Shown here piece after piece: positions 25,401 to 38,319 of a stretch of DNA of 53,846 bases. The position numbers and the translations under genes are program-made. The stretch lies in NCBI GenBank assembly GCA_032718475.1, contig JAUCBJ010008937.1, forward strand, positions 1 to 53,846. The letters run 5' to 3'. The notes under the pieces are model-generated. The model saw only the letters and a list, made by a program, of their open reading frames with translations, ran no database searches and was not told the origin of the DNA. Position 1 is the first letter of the stretch. Every line of letters begins with the position of its first letter. The stretch is from Nemertoderma westbladi. Lineage: Eukaryota > Animalia > Xenacoelomorpha.

Positions 25401-28400
25401 TTTAGGAAACAGAGTGGGAGGGTTTACTGTGGAAGATCACCCATGGTGGTGAACAGGCAATTCTTTAGGAAACAGAGTGGAAGGTTTTACTGTGGAAGAT
25501 CACCCATGGTGGTTAACATGCATTTCTTTAGGAAACAGAGTGGGAGGGTTTACTGTGGAAGATCACCCATGGTGGTTAACATGCATTTCTTTAGGAAACA
25601 GAGTGGGAGGGTTTACTGTGGAAGATCACCCATGGTGGTTAACATGCATTTCTTTAGGAAACAGAGTGGGAGGGTTTACTGTGGAAGATCACCCATGGTG
25701 GTTAACAGGATTTTCTTTAGGAAACAGAGTGGAAGGGTTTACTGTGGAAGATCACCCATGGTGGTTAACATGCATTTCTTTAGGAAACAGAGTGGGAGGG
25801 TTTACTGTGGAAGATCACCCATGGTGGTGAACAGGCAATTCTTTAGGAAACAGAGTGGAAGGTTTTACTGTGGAAGATCACCCATGGTGGTTAACATGCA
25901 TTTCTTTAGGAAACAGAGTGGGAGGGTTTACTGTGGAAGATCACCCATGGTGGTTAACATGCATTTCTTTAGGAAACAGAGTGGGAGGGTTTACTGTGGA
26001 AGATCACCCATGGTGGTTAACATGCATTTCTTTAGGAAACAGAGTGGGAGGGTTTACTGTGGAAGATCACCCATGGTGGTTAACATGCATTTCTTTAGTA
26101 AACAGAGTGGGAGGGTTTACTGTGGAAGATCACCCATGGTGGTTAACAGGATTTTCTTTAGGAAACAGAGTGGAAGGGTTTACTGTGGAAGATCACCCAT
26201 GGTGGTTAACATGCATTTCTTTAGGAAACAGAGTGGGAGGGTTTACTGTGGAAGATCACCCATGGTAGTGAACAGGCATTCCTTTAGGAAACAGAGTGGA
26301 AGGGTTTACCGTGGAAGATCACCCATGGTGGTGGACAGGCATTCCTTTAGGAATCAGAGTGGAAGAGTTTACAGTGGAAGATCAGCCATGGTGGTGAACA
26401 GTCAATTCTTTAGGAAACAGAGTGGAAGAGTTTACTGTGGAAGATCACCCATGGTGGAGAACAGGCATTCCTTTTGGAATCAGAGTGGAATGGTTTACTT
26501 TGGAAGATCACACATGGTGGTGAACAGGCATTCCTTTAGGAAACAGAGTGGAAGGGTTTACTGTGGAAGATCACCCATGGTGGTGAACAGGCATTCCTTT
26601 AGGAATCAGAATGGAAGGGTTTACTGTGGAAGATCACCCATGGTGGAGAACAGGCAATTCTTTAGGAAACAGAGTGGAAGGTTTTACTGTGGAAGATCAC
26701 CCATGGTGGTGAACAGGGATTCCTTTAGGAAACAGAGTGGAAGGGTTTACTATGGAAGATCACCCATGGTGGTGAACAGGCATTCCTTTAGGAATCAGAG
26801 TGGAAGGATTTACTGTGAAAGATCACCCATGGTGGTGAACAGGGATTCCTTTAGGAAACAGAGTGGAAGGGTTTACTGCGGAAGATCACCCATGGTGGTG
26901 AACACTGAACAGGCATACCATGGTGGTGAACAGGCAATTCTTTAGGAAACAGAGTGGAAGGTTTTACTGTGGAAGATCACCCATGGTGGAGAACAGGCAT
27001 TCCTTTTGGAATCAGAGTGGAAGGGTTTACTGTGGAAGATCACCCATGGTGGTGAACAGGCATTCCTTTAGGAAACAGAGTGGAAGGTTTTACTGTGGAA
27101 GATCACCCATGGTGGTGAACAGGATTTTCTTTAGGAAACAGAGTGGAAGAGTTTACAGTGGAAGATCAGCCATGGTGGTGAACAGGCAATTCTTTAGGAA
27201 ACAGAGTGGAAGAGTTTACTGTGGAAGATCACCCATGGTGGAGAACAGGCATTCCTTTATGAAACAGAGTGGAAGGGTTTACTGTGGAAGATCACCCATG
27301 GTGGTGAACAGGCATTCCTTTAGGAATCAGAGTGGAAGGGTTTACTGTGGAAGATCACCCATGGTGGAGAACAGGCATTCCTTTTGGAATCAGAGTGGAA
27401 GGGTTTACTGTGGAAGATCACCCATGGTGGTAAACAGACATTCCTTTAGGAATCAGAGTGGAAGGGTTTACTGTGAAAGATCACCCATGGTGGTGAACAG
27501 GGATTCCTTTAGGAAACAGAGTGGAAGGGTTTACTGCGGAAGATCACCCATGGTGGTGAACACTGAACAGGCATACCTTTAGGAAACAGAGTGGAGGGGT
27601 TTACTGTGGAAGATCACCCATGGTTGTGAGCAGGCATTCCTTTAGGAAACAGAGTGGAAGGGTTTACTGTGGAAGATCACCCATGGTGGTGAACAGGCAT
27701 TCCTTTAGGAAACAGAGTGGAAGGGTTTACTGTGGAAGATCACCCATGGTGGTGAACAGGCATTCCTTTAGGAATCAGAGTGGAAGGATTTACTGTGAAA
27801 GATCACCCATGGTGGTGAACAGGGATTCCTTTAGGAAACAGAGTGGAAGGGTTTACTGCGGAAGATCACCAACGGTGGTGAACAGGCATTCCTTTAGGAA
27901 ACAGAGTGGAAGGGTTTACTGCGGAAGATCACCCATGGTGGTGAACAAGCATACCTTTAGGAAACAGAGTGGAGGGGTTTACTGTGGAAGATCACCCATG
28001 GTGGTGAACAGGCATACCTTTAGGAAACACAGTGGAAGGGTTTACTGCGGAAGATCACCCATGGTGGTGAACAAGCATACCTTTAGGAAACAGAGTGGAG
28101 GGGTTTACTGTGGAAGATCACCCATGGTGGTGAACAGGCATACCTTTAGGAAACAGAGTGGAAGGGTTTACTGCGGAAGATCACCCATGGTGGTGAACAA
28201 GCATACCTTTAGGAAACAGAGTGGAGGGGTTTACTGTGGAAGATCACCAATGGTGGGGAACAGGCATTCCTTTAGGAAACAGAGTGGAAGGGTTTACTGT
28301 GGAAGATCACCAACGGTGGTGAACAGGCATTCCTTTAGGAAACAGAGTGGAAGGGTTTACTGCGGAAGATCACCCATGGTGGTGAACAAGCATACCTTTA

Positions 28401-28822
28401 GGAAACAGAGTGGAGGGGTTTACTGTGGAAGATCACCCATGGTGGTGAACAGGCATACCTTTAGGAAACAGAGTGGAGGGGTTTACTGTGGAAGATCACC
28501 CATGGTGGTGAACAGGCATTCCTTTAGGAATCAGAGTGGAAGGGTTTACTGTGAAAGATCACCCATGGTGGTGAACAGGAATTTCTTTAGGAAACAGAGT
28601 GGAAGGGTTTACTGTGGAAGATCACCCATGGTGGTTAACAGGCAATTCTTTAGGATACAGAGTGGAAGGCTTCACTGTGGAAGATCATCCATGGTGGTGA
28701 ACAGGCATTCCTTTAGGAAACAGAGTGGAAGGGTTTACTGTGAAAGATCAACCATGGTGGTTAACAGGCATTTCTTTAGGAAACAGAGTGGAAGGGTTTA
28801 CTGTGGAAGATCACCCATGGTG
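19403..28822. repeat. 63-bp satellite (ATGGTGGTGAACAGGCATTCCTTTAGGAAACAGAGTGGAAGGGTTTACTGTGGAAGATCACCC)n, ~150 units, higher-order periods 3696 and 1267 bp
   Basis: Directly visible; identical translated blocks at 20417/24113 and near-identical ones at 21621/22888/25317; marker insertion aacactgaac recurs seven times. Confidence 0.97.
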
Positions 28823-29254
28823 CTGAAAAGTTTAATTTCAGATTTAAATTGAATGCTTAATTGTAGTACCGGTACAGATTGTTGTATGCTTATCATGTAT
28901 GGTTTATTGTTTGTAGTATCAGTATTTATATTCCTTTTTACATGTTTTGTACAGGACCGCTGTGACCTGCTCATTTTTCTTAATTTATAATAAATTAACA
29001 TTGTTAATTCGCCGGGACCGGATGTTAATACACCAAATGGAATTTGCGTCCAACCCCCACCACCGCCCCATGTTTTCTATGTAATACTTGACGGAGTGCG
29101 TGGCCATTCCCGACAAAACGATAAATACAATATGTAGCTACGGTATGTTTTTACATTACGTTCATTTAATAAAACGTAATTTCTGTACAAAATAAATTTA
29201 TAAAATATAAGCACAATTACAATATTGTTAAATCCGTTGACTTGAATTCTCATC

Positions 29255-29480
29255 TCTCCGGTGGTCGTAGGTTCGATCCCTATGTGGGGCAGGGCAGTTT
29301 TTGTTTCGGTACGAATGCTTCAAATGGGCTAGTCCGGGCGCATCTCTGTCTTACATCCAAAAATAGTAGCTAAATGAGTACTGGAGTTTCCTCTGGGGAG
29401 TATAGTTCTGGGGGGACCGCACTGGTAATGAGTCATCAGTCTTTGTGCGTAGTCCCAAATTAAAAAACTTTACTTTATTT
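29255..29480 (+). mobile_element. Degraded tRNA-derived SINE
   Basis: B-box GGTTCGATCCC at ~29270, a taaatgagtac core-like motif and a ctttacttta-type tail. Confidence 0.4.
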
Positions 29481-29602
29481 TTCTTCTTCACAGTAAATTA
29501 TTAATTACGAAATAACTGCAGATTTTGGATATTATTGAATGTTGATTGTCTAAACATACTTTATATAGGTGGTATCCAAAGTACAATCTCGTCTTGTTGT
29601 AG

Positions 29603-29727
29603 GTCATTAGTAGAGTGCAGTGGTTCCTGTGGTAACAAGGACTCTATGAGATATCTGTGGATCTTAGACCGATGGAATACTGAGTCGTTGAGCTGGGCGC
29701 CACATTCTTTGCCATTTCCTGAAAACG
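29603..29727 (+). CDS. PKD1-like/REJ gene exon E (RSLVECSGSCGNKDSMRYLWIL...LPFPEN)
   Basis: ttgtag|...|gtgagt; 125 nt, phase 2 to 1; C-x3-C...Y-x-W-x-L pattern. Confidence 0.8.
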
Positions 29728-30187
29728 GTGAGTGAAATTCTGGAACGTATTAAAATATTAAATAGTATTTTATAGCCACTCTATGTCTCTGCAGTCAATG
29801 CCGCCTACATACAACTAATCACAACACAGCGTTTAGCTATTTTTATTACATATTCAAATTCCCTGCCATATGATGAAGTTGAGAAAGTAAAATAGAAAAC
29901 AATGTTAAGTGGGAAATTTGAATTTGAGGATAAACTTCTGTTGGTCAGTTAAACGAAACATTCATGTGCAGAAAGTTTCTAGACATGGCATTCTGACCGG
30001 TACCTACAGTGTAGCCTAGCCTATTCATTCAAACGAATTACGAAAGTTGTCACCGGACTCGCCGTAAAGGATGCAGTAAATGCTGAATATATTTCGGTCA
30101 TTGGATTAATACTGTAATACGATATTTAAATAGATCAACGGAATAGGCCTATTGTAAAACAACGATTCTATTTGTTCGATATTTCAG

Positions 30188-30309
30188 ATGATATTGCAAT
30201 TCCTCCCGAAACGTTTACTGATGAAAGTGACGAAATTTTTAGGTTACGGGTCCAAGGTACACCATCGGACAGTGATGTGAGAGTCGGTCAAACATCCATG
30301 TTTTTAAAG
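30188..30309 (+). CDS. PKD1-like/REJ gene exon F (DDIAIPPETF...GQTSMFLK)
   Basis: tttcag|...|gtttgt; 122 nt, phase 1 to 0. Confidence 0.8.
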
Positions 30310-30644
30310 GTTTGTTATCATCTTATTGAATGGAATGCAGCTGATCTGCTCTTGTTCTTATATTAAAACGGCTGTACGGTACGTGTTAATCCTGTCATTG
30401 ATTGTACTAGTTTGATAAAGGATGTCACTCAGTGATATGATGTCAGTCCTAAAGTTCTATGCAGTCGCTTTTGAGATCGAGGGAGGAATCGATCACTACA
30501 TCCGAGTTTCTTCAACCAATAAACGCTACCGATTCACTCTTACCGTATCCTACACATAGGTAAATCCGCCTCCGTACCATTGCCCCATTTATTTCTTCAA
30601 CCCAATATAATACCGGTGTATCAGGCAGCTAATACTACCTCGAA

Positions 30645-30972
30645 AATAGAGTACCGTAGTACCTGGTGCCTCGGCACTCATTACAACCGTAGTGCAAAAT
30701 GCCTAGGCGTCAGGTATTACCGTGTAGTACAAAATGCCTAGGCATCAGGTACTACCGCAGTATTAACCGCCCAGGCAACAGGTACTAACTAGCGGCAACA
30801 GTCTAGCTGCATTTAATTATTTCGATTCGTCCCGTCAAAAATTTAACTGTGTTATTGACTTTGGACCTTCCTCCCATTTACACTGTCGTATCCTACTGGT
30901 GCATAGGCACCTACTACTACGGTATTACCTGATGTCGGGTAGTACCTGGTGCCTCAAGCACCGGTACTATAG
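30645..30972. mobile_element. Degenerate palindromic MITE-like relic
   Basis: Sub-repeats taggc(a/g)tcaggta(c/t)tacc and their reverse complements (ggtagtacctggtgcct). Confidence 0.35.
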
Positions 30973-31104
30973 GCTTACTGGTTAGTGGTTATTGTCCCAT
31001 CAACCAGGATTATGTTCGTGAAGATACCCCCCAATCGATTTTTATTCTAGTGTATGTCCATTGGCTGTTTGCATCATGGTCTAATCAATGACTTGTTACC
31101 GCAG

Positions 31105-31306
31105 GTGAATAGACCACCGCAACTCATTGATTCAACTTTATCTGGGGTATGTGACATATGCACAGTGGCACATTCCAACCAATCGCAGCTGGCTATTCTT
31201 ACGGGGCCTGGTCACGAGTTCGACAACCAGTTATTTTACGATCTGGATTGTTCAGACACTTTTGAAGATTACGAGGGAGGGGAAATTGTTAAATTTGCAT
31301 TTTTTG
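31105..31306 (+). CDS. PKD1-like/REJ gene exon G (VNRPPQ...FYDLDCSDTFEDYEGGEIVKFAFF)
   Basis: ccgcag|...|gtaggt; 202 nt, phase 0 to 1; VNxPP..G.C...F...C...D REJ signature. Confidence 0.85.
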
Positions 31307-31414
31307 GTAGGTACATACAACTTTAATCTGAATATTTATACATTTTCCACTGTGGGGGAGGTGTGATTTAATAATATTTTCTAGTTTTTTTTCCAACATT
31401 CAAAAAAAGCAAAC

Positions 31415-31622
31415 AGTCGGCCAAGCCGGAGGCGGCCCGAAGGCTCCTCTTTCGATAGCTGCTACTTGAGGGTAGGGGTGGGCGCTACTCCTATCCCAAG
31501 ATTTGCTCCCAGTTATTTAACTGGTACTCATTTTATCGACCCCATGGGATGACAGACTGAGTGGACCCTGGCGGGGCTCGAACCTACAACAAATAGATTG
31601 CAAGGCTCAACCAACCCCGCCG
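31415..31622 (-). mobile_element. tRNA-derived SINE with a Deu/Nin-like central domain
   Basis: Minus strand: B-box GGTTCGAGCCCC followed by actcagtctgtcatcccatggggtcgataaaatgagtaccag, which resembles the conserved Deu/Nin SINE domain as recalled (not searched). Confidence 0.65.
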
Positions 31623-32094
31623 TTTTTTAAAAAATTCATAGTACATGCATATTATACGTAATAAATTTTAAATTCGAGAAAAAAATCGGTGTAACGTAAC
31701 ATTTCAAAAAAATTGATATCACAAAAACGATATATACATTTTTTGATATAGGCCTATAATCAGTAAAAAGATAACAAAGGATAAATGTGTAATTTTGATT
31801 TATTTTATTTACATCCAGGTGTAATTTTGATGAACCAAAAATTATATCTCGTCATTCTCATGTAATATTTTAAGTGTTTTGATTTAATTCGATTTTCCAA
31901 AAACCCCTGAAAACAACTCCGAAATCCACATATAGTATTAATTGTTGTTCCTAATAATCTTGAACACTGCCTGTCACGAAAAGTAACTAACAAGTAAAAA
32001 ATGAAGTGAATTTTTAATTCAATTCGGCGTTTCAAATTTGGCTATTTTCTTTGTCATTGTAATAATATTTTGTCGTTTGTAATATTTCGTTCAG

Positions 32095-32261
32095 CTATAA
32101 AGGAACCAGGTAACATGCAGGTTCTCTCGTACGGCACCGAGCCGATTGTAACAGTTCGAATTCCCCCGGGTAATAAACGGTTCGACCATTTGGTAAACCT
32201 AACAGTGGAAGTTTTCGATGAATACGGAGCGTTCAATACCTTCCCTATATGCGAGATAAAG
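32095..32261 (+). CDS. PKD1-like/REJ gene exon H (LSYGTEP...IPPGNKRFDHLVNLTVEVFDEYGA...EIK)
   Basis: gttcag|...|gtttgt; 167 nt, phase 1 to 0; (L/I)PxG...VxVxDxxGA motif of the REJ C-terminus. Confidence 0.85.
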
Positions 32262-32391
32262 GTTTGTAAACGAATGATACTGCAAATACAGAATATTCAA
32301 TATTTTTTAGTCCCCTGTTTTTTTGTTTATATCAATTTTATTTCCTTCACAAGTAATTTATAATAATACTTAATGATTTAATATTCGGCAG

Positions 32392-32506
32392 GTCCGCCCG
32401 CCAGTACTACCTGATGCAGCCCAAGATCCCGTCGCTTACATAGACACGTTACTAGAGGCGTTAGAGGTCCAGATAGCAAACAACTTCACCAAAGTTCTAC
32501 ATGAAG
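32392..32506 (+). CDS. PKD1-like/REJ gene exon I (VRPPVLPDAAQDPVAYIDTLLEALEVQIANNFTKVLHE)
   Basis: cggcag|...|gttagg; 115 nt, phase 0 to 1. Confidence 0.8.
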
Positions 32507-32827
32507 GTTAGGTTATGCTCTTATAGACTTTTGATGTAAAATCAAGCAAAGTTTTCTTCGGCCGTTAGGTTTGTACCCACAATATCTCACGACTTACAGG
32601 TATTTGGTTACTGAATAGGTTCTTTGGTTCCTTTAAAGCATTCATGACACCACGAATCTCGCCCGGCCTTGCTGAGATCGAATTCTTTTGGGTTCACTTT
32701 CCCTACCTTTCTGACACACAAATGTAATATACAATTAAATGAAAGAATCTCTCATGGGTGTCTCAATAATAGATAGTTAATGGTGGTTGTGGTACTTAAC
32801 CCTGATAAATACTTACTGAATTGTTAG

Positions 32828-32976
32828 GAAGTTCTCGGAACGCTTCTCAACTTGCCGCTAATATTGCATCGATTCTTAATGACGCATTGGACCCAGCCGA
32901 ACTACCTCCCCCCGAACTACCACCAACAGGAGTTCCCGTATCAACTACAACTCAACCAACTACAACTACAAACCGG
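32828..32976 (+). CDS. PKD1-like/REJ gene exon J (GSSRNASQLAANIASILND...PTTTTNR)
   Basis: tgttag|...|gtgagt; 149 nt, phase 1 to 0; helical segment followed by a Pro/Thr-rich stalk. Confidence 0.8.
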
Positions 32977-33751
32977 GTGAGTGCAGCCTATTTATTTACT
33001 GCGCTATTGTATTGTAATATTTATTTGTAAGTAATTTTTTTACTTTAGACCAACTACTAGGCCGTATGACGTATAGTGAATTGAATAAATGACATATAAC
33101 TAGCTGATCCCATTTAAGTTAATCAACCTTGAGTTTCATTATCTCAAGATAAAAGGTATTCTACCTTCCATAAAAGAATGCATTGAAGTCCATTAGTAGC
33201 ATCACGTTCTCCGGCATTTGGAGTCATCTAAAGTTAATTACACTCAAAGTTATTAGTTGAAGAGACGTTGGCAGTGGATTCAGGTAAATTTTGTCTTTGT
33301 TGCCGGGCTTCAAGCCTTTCTGTCATCCAAGCTGAACTATTTGTTAGGTAAGGAAGCCTGCCAACGCTTTCATATTTGTATTCCAACGTTAAAATTGAGG
33401 AACATAGAGTTTGTACTATCTGCTTTACCTGCCACAGGCTTGTGATTGTGAGTGAATAGGCCGGCCCCATTACATCCATTCACGATTCCCCGTGGCTCTT
33501 ACTTTAATGAAAGTACCTTGGTCCCCTTGTAAGCCAATCCCGTTAAAGCATCTTTGCCTAAAAAACACCTTGTTCAATTCCGAATGGGTAGGCTGTATAT
33601 GATTGGATAAGAGTTATGCAGTATATTACTGAACTTATTATTATTGCACAGAAGAGGTTGTAGTATCATTAAGATGTTATACATTTAAGTTTTAATAAAT
33701 ATTCTTTGCAAGTAAAATAGAAAAGGTCCGTCTAACATCTTTAATTTCGGA

Positions 33752-34372
33752 ATGTTTGATATGGATATTTCAACTGGGAGTTCAGCTGGTCGACTTTACA
33801 ATGGCGGCTGCGACCGCGTAAAGGAAGAATCCCAACTTACCTGCGAGGAATGCGGCTTCGTTGAGTGTCTCAACGCTTTTTACGAAATACAAGCTCGCAA
33901 GAAACTTAGAGGAAACCGCAGACGCACTGTCACACCCGGGAAACCGGTAAGGAAACGCCCGTCCCGGGCCAAAAGCACCGCTGTGAAACCGTTCTGCGTC
34001 GTGAAAATGCGATTGGATCGGCGAGACAAAGCAAACGACAGGGAACGAAGCCGTATGCACGGTTTAAACGACGCCTTGGATGGTCTACGGAGGGTCTTAC
34101 CGGTGGGTGTCTCGGATGAACACAAACTCTCTAAAATAGAGACCCTCAGGTTCGCCTACAACTACATCTGGACTCTCGGGGAGTATTTGAGACAAGGGGA
34201 TTTGGAACCAAGCTCCTGCCATTGGTTGAACTCTCCAGCTGATTGTCTCTATGCCAACGGGCATGCCTTGTCTGACTGGTGGACTTTGGATTTTTCCCCG
34301 GATGACTGCTCCTCAGTCGCCTCTTCCTACACTCCTTACACCCACGATGGTGGCTGGTTCCTAAGCGAATAA
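33752..34372 (+). CDS. neurog: Neurogenin-type (atonal superfamily) proneural bHLH transcription factor, single exon, 206 aa
   Basis: b[31 protein letters not shown]...[18 protein letters not shown]; KANDRER and LRFAxNYIW are characteristic of neurogenin rather than NeuroD or Atonal. Confidence 0.9.
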   Translation: MFDMDISTGSSAGRLYNGGCDRVKEESQLTCEECGFVECLNAFYEIQARKKLRGNRRRTVTPGKPVRKRPSRAKSTAVKPFCVVKMRLDRRDKANDRERSRMHGLNDALDGLRRVLPVGVSDEHKLSKIETLRFAYNYIWTLGEYLRQGDLEPSSCHWLNSPADCLYANGHALSDWWTLDFSPDDCSSVASSYTPYTHDGGWFLSE

Positions 34373-36240
34373 ACTCCTTAGTATATATATTTTTATCTTC
34401 AATTATTTTGTACATTGTTAAAGTCTATTTTTTACATATTTATGTAAATCGTCTTTCTTCTTATCTCGTGTATTTTATATCTGACCTTTTAAATTATTTA
34501 TTTGTACTATTTCTAGCTAGGTTGTACTTGAACATGAAATATATTGCCGTATTTAACTGTATTTTACTTTTTTTTAGCAAATTTGGTTTAAAACCATACG
34601 ATCCTTCATATTTGTTAAGAAACCGAATTCACACAATTAGACACAACTAGCACCAGTACAATACCGTCATTATATGAGATGGGGGGGGGGGGGGGGGGGG
34701 GGGACGCAACCAGAATTCAACCTTCTATAGGGGGAATCTAAGCAAATCTATTAAAGTTTATTCTTATGTATGACTTGACTTGTATGTTAGTTTTAGTATA
34801 TAATCTGTAAAAATGTATTGCACACATAGCGTGGACGCGAATGTCTTATTATACATTCGTTTATATAAAGTTTTTGGAAAAATAATCATTTTTTGTGACT
34901 AAATTGATCCTTGTACAATATGGCTGTTTTTAACAATGGGCGTAGTGATAATGTAAACTAGTGCAAAACTCAATGCATACATGAGTGCAAAATATGTAGT
35001 TCGGTCACAGAAATTATTGTTAAAAAAAACTGTAAATTTGCTGTGATAAGGAGTTATTTCGACTCTGTTTTCATCGAATAGGTTATTCGAACATTCGAAC
35101 TCATGTTATCATTCACTTTCTGATTTTTGTTCACCCTACAGTTTATGATTGTTTACCCTACAGTTTATGATTGGCGTTGCAATGTAGCCAGTAAGATTAT
35201 CATGCGGTTAATATAGACTTTATAGCACTAAACCTAGTGATACTGATGGTATGTATTTCTCTCACTAAATCTCTCTGTATATTGTCTTCATTACACTATA
35301 ACGCTAGATATAATGTCTTTATCTCACTAGTTTCCTCGGCAACCAGTAAATGACAGTAACATTACTGAGATAAAGTATTAGCAGTTATTTAACTTGTTGG
35401 TTTTACAAATTTAAGTGGGATAACCTAAATTATTGGAAACAATATATTATTTTGCCTGATTTATTTGATGTGATGTGATCCTGTATCATACATAGTTAGT
35501 TAATATGGATAATTATTTGACAAGAGGGATAATATTTTATAGTATAGACCAATACACCATGTATGTATGGTCTCAAGTAATTTTATATTACAATGGAATT
35601 GATAAAAGTTATATTAACGGCAAAATCTACGTCTTTTCATTGTCACTCACTTATATCTCTTCGCTAGCAAAATAATGTCATCAGTTGACTACCTACCTAC
35701 CTTTCGTTATGACGTTTAACATTTTCAAGTGTATATTATTGTTAATGTAGCTGACACAATATACTTAGCGTGCGTCACACGGTCACATTACTGCACTTAC
35801 TTACAATGGACGACAGTTTCTTTATCCGAGTGCACAGGGGGTAACTCTTTCCTGACAGGATTAGATAGAAGACCGGGTAGATGAGTGCACCATCTACCCT
35901 GTGATTAACCGGTATCCAGCATGCACCACGATAAGTAGCGGGAGCATACGCTGCACCATAGGCCTATCCCATGAGCTCCTAATTATACAGCTCACTCCTC
36001 CTTTAATAACCTGTTCATTGTGGAGCCCTACTGTGCCTTTATTATATATACTGGCTTCTACTCAAACACAATAGCTGAATGATGTTATGCTTGATCGCCC
36101 GGTGCTTATCTCCGTCCTTAATGATGATGATAAGCCAGTCCAACAAACTCGGATTCTGATTCTGCAACGACTAAACTCAACCTGATGAGTACTATTAGTT
36201 GTGTTGCTCTCATTCTTTATAATAACAAGTTGAATAAATT

Positions 36241-36977
36241 GTTATAAAAGTAGATATTTTTGTTACACTGCAGTTATAAAAGTAGATATTTTTGTTACAC
36301 TGCAGTTATAAAAGTAGATATTTTTGTTACACTGCAGTTATAAAAGTAGATATTTTTGTTACACTGCAGTTATAAAAGTAGATATTTTTGTTACACTGCA
36401 GTTATAAAAGTAGATATTTTTGTTACACTGCAGTTATAAAAGTAGATATTTTTGTTACACTGCAGTTATAAAAGTAGATATTTTTGTTACACTGCAGTTA
36501 TAAAAGTAGATATTTTTGTTACACTGCAGTTATAAAAGTAGATATTTTTGTTACACTGCAGTTATAAAAGTAGATATTTTTGTTACACTGCAGTTATAAA
36601 AGTAGATATTTTTGTTACACTGCAGTTATAAAAGTAGATATTTTTGTTACACTGCAGTTATAAAAGTAGATATTTTTGTTACACTGCAGTTATAAAAGTA
36701 GATATTTTTGTTACACTGCAGTTATAAACATAGATATTTTTGTTACACTGCAGTTATAAAAGTAGATATTTTTGTTACACTGCAGTTATAAAAGTAGATA
36801 TTTTTGTTACACTGCAGTTATAAAAGTAGATATTTTTGTTACACTGCAGTTATAAAAGTAGATATTTTTGTTACACTGCAGTTATAAAAGTAGATATTTT
36901 TGTTACACTGCAGTTATAAAAGTAGATATTTTTGTTACACTGCAGTTATAAAAGTAGATATTTTTGTTACACTGCAG
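36241..36977. repeat. 32-bp minisatellite (GTTATAAAAGTAGATATTTTTGTTACACTGCA)n, ~23 units
   Basis: Directly visible; only one variant unit seen (~36728). Confidence 0.97.
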
Positions 36978-38319
36978 ATAATTGAAATCTATTTTTAGGA
37001 GACTGATATGCGTTTTGAAAATATATTTGGTGACAATCGTGTCTTTTTTTTTACTTTTATGCCTATACCATTTCATTCGGTGTTTTCATATAAATGGTTC
37101 GCCGCGTTTAAAATTTAAAACGCAACATAATTGACGTCATAGTCAATGATATATGTATTTAAATGTGTTATAATATGGTATTTAGAGTGTCTCTCTTAAC
37201 AAAATTTTAATGCAGAATGTCTTAGATTGGGTCTACTTTTTTTACTGGTATAGTGTAGTAACGGTTTCTAGTGGTAGCTGTTGTTTGTGCTATTAATAAT
37301 GAAGCATTCTGCTGTTTCATATAGTTTTTCTTACTCACAAGTGGAATATAATCACTTTGAAGTAAATAATTATATTAGTAGTAGGATAGCCCACGTCAAA
37401 CGAACTGGCAACATTATTACAAAGGTTAGAGAGCAATTCGTGTCCACATGGGGTAGCTTAGTCCAACTGCGCACAAGCGGAATAAAAACCTGCATAATGT
37501 GACAGTCAAGTAACAATAAAGTTGAAACATTAATTGCTATAGGTGTGTTTCCCTTGACAAGTGTGTCCTGTTGCGCAGCTAGCACGGTCCAAAAGATTTG
37601 TTCCATTGTATGGGACGCCTTAATCAAGTCTTCATTAACAATAGATACTGCGTTCTCTAAGGTGGATTTTCTTGGTTTTGGGCGCGTGTGCTTACAGTCG
37701 CTAATGTTGGCGAGTCGTTGATGAGTTTATTGGGATTTGGTTGAAAGATCGGTGACGGACAACTGGAAATTGGCCCTCATCTGCCCTCCTTAAGGACTTT
37801 ATATTGCTCGATAAGTACTTCTTAACGTAAATAAACTGCGGCGCAAACAAAACATATCAAAGCTGAAAAGATTCTGCAGTACATTGTTGATATATTTATA
37901 GTGTAATGCTTGAAACGACAGAAATATCATAAATATGTGATTATTTTTAAGAATATTTTACATTTTTTCAATTTTTTTTTGGATAGTATGTCCCCCATAA
38001 TCGCGACTATATCTACTTTTATTACACTTTTCTATACACTTATGATAAATACCAAGTGAGGCAAATACTTCTAGAATACAGATTTATTTAGTATTGTATA
38101 TGTTATTGATAATATAATATGCTATGAAACCGGTACCTACATTAATTTTCATAAAATATAAAATTGGACACCCAGTATCTGTAATATGTAATCTGAATAA
38201 TTATGGGCCAAAATGCTAATCTTATTAGCTTTTCAATTATTCAATGAAAATGAAAAGTGATGGTGCAAGAAGACAGCATGTGGTAGATCACAATGGTACA
38301 GTAGCAGCAAAACTTGTGT

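Noticed and set aside
19444-28852. 21-aa repeat proteins
   Set aside because: 63-bp satellite within intron D-E; the flanking exons splice in phase without it.
33782-34415. Antisense ORFs over neurogenin (and similar ones over the LINEs and the UBL gene)
   Set aside because: Shadow frames of real coding sequence on the opposite strand.
37281-37627. Short ORFs on both strands
   Set aside because: No recognisable motifs and no convincing splice context.
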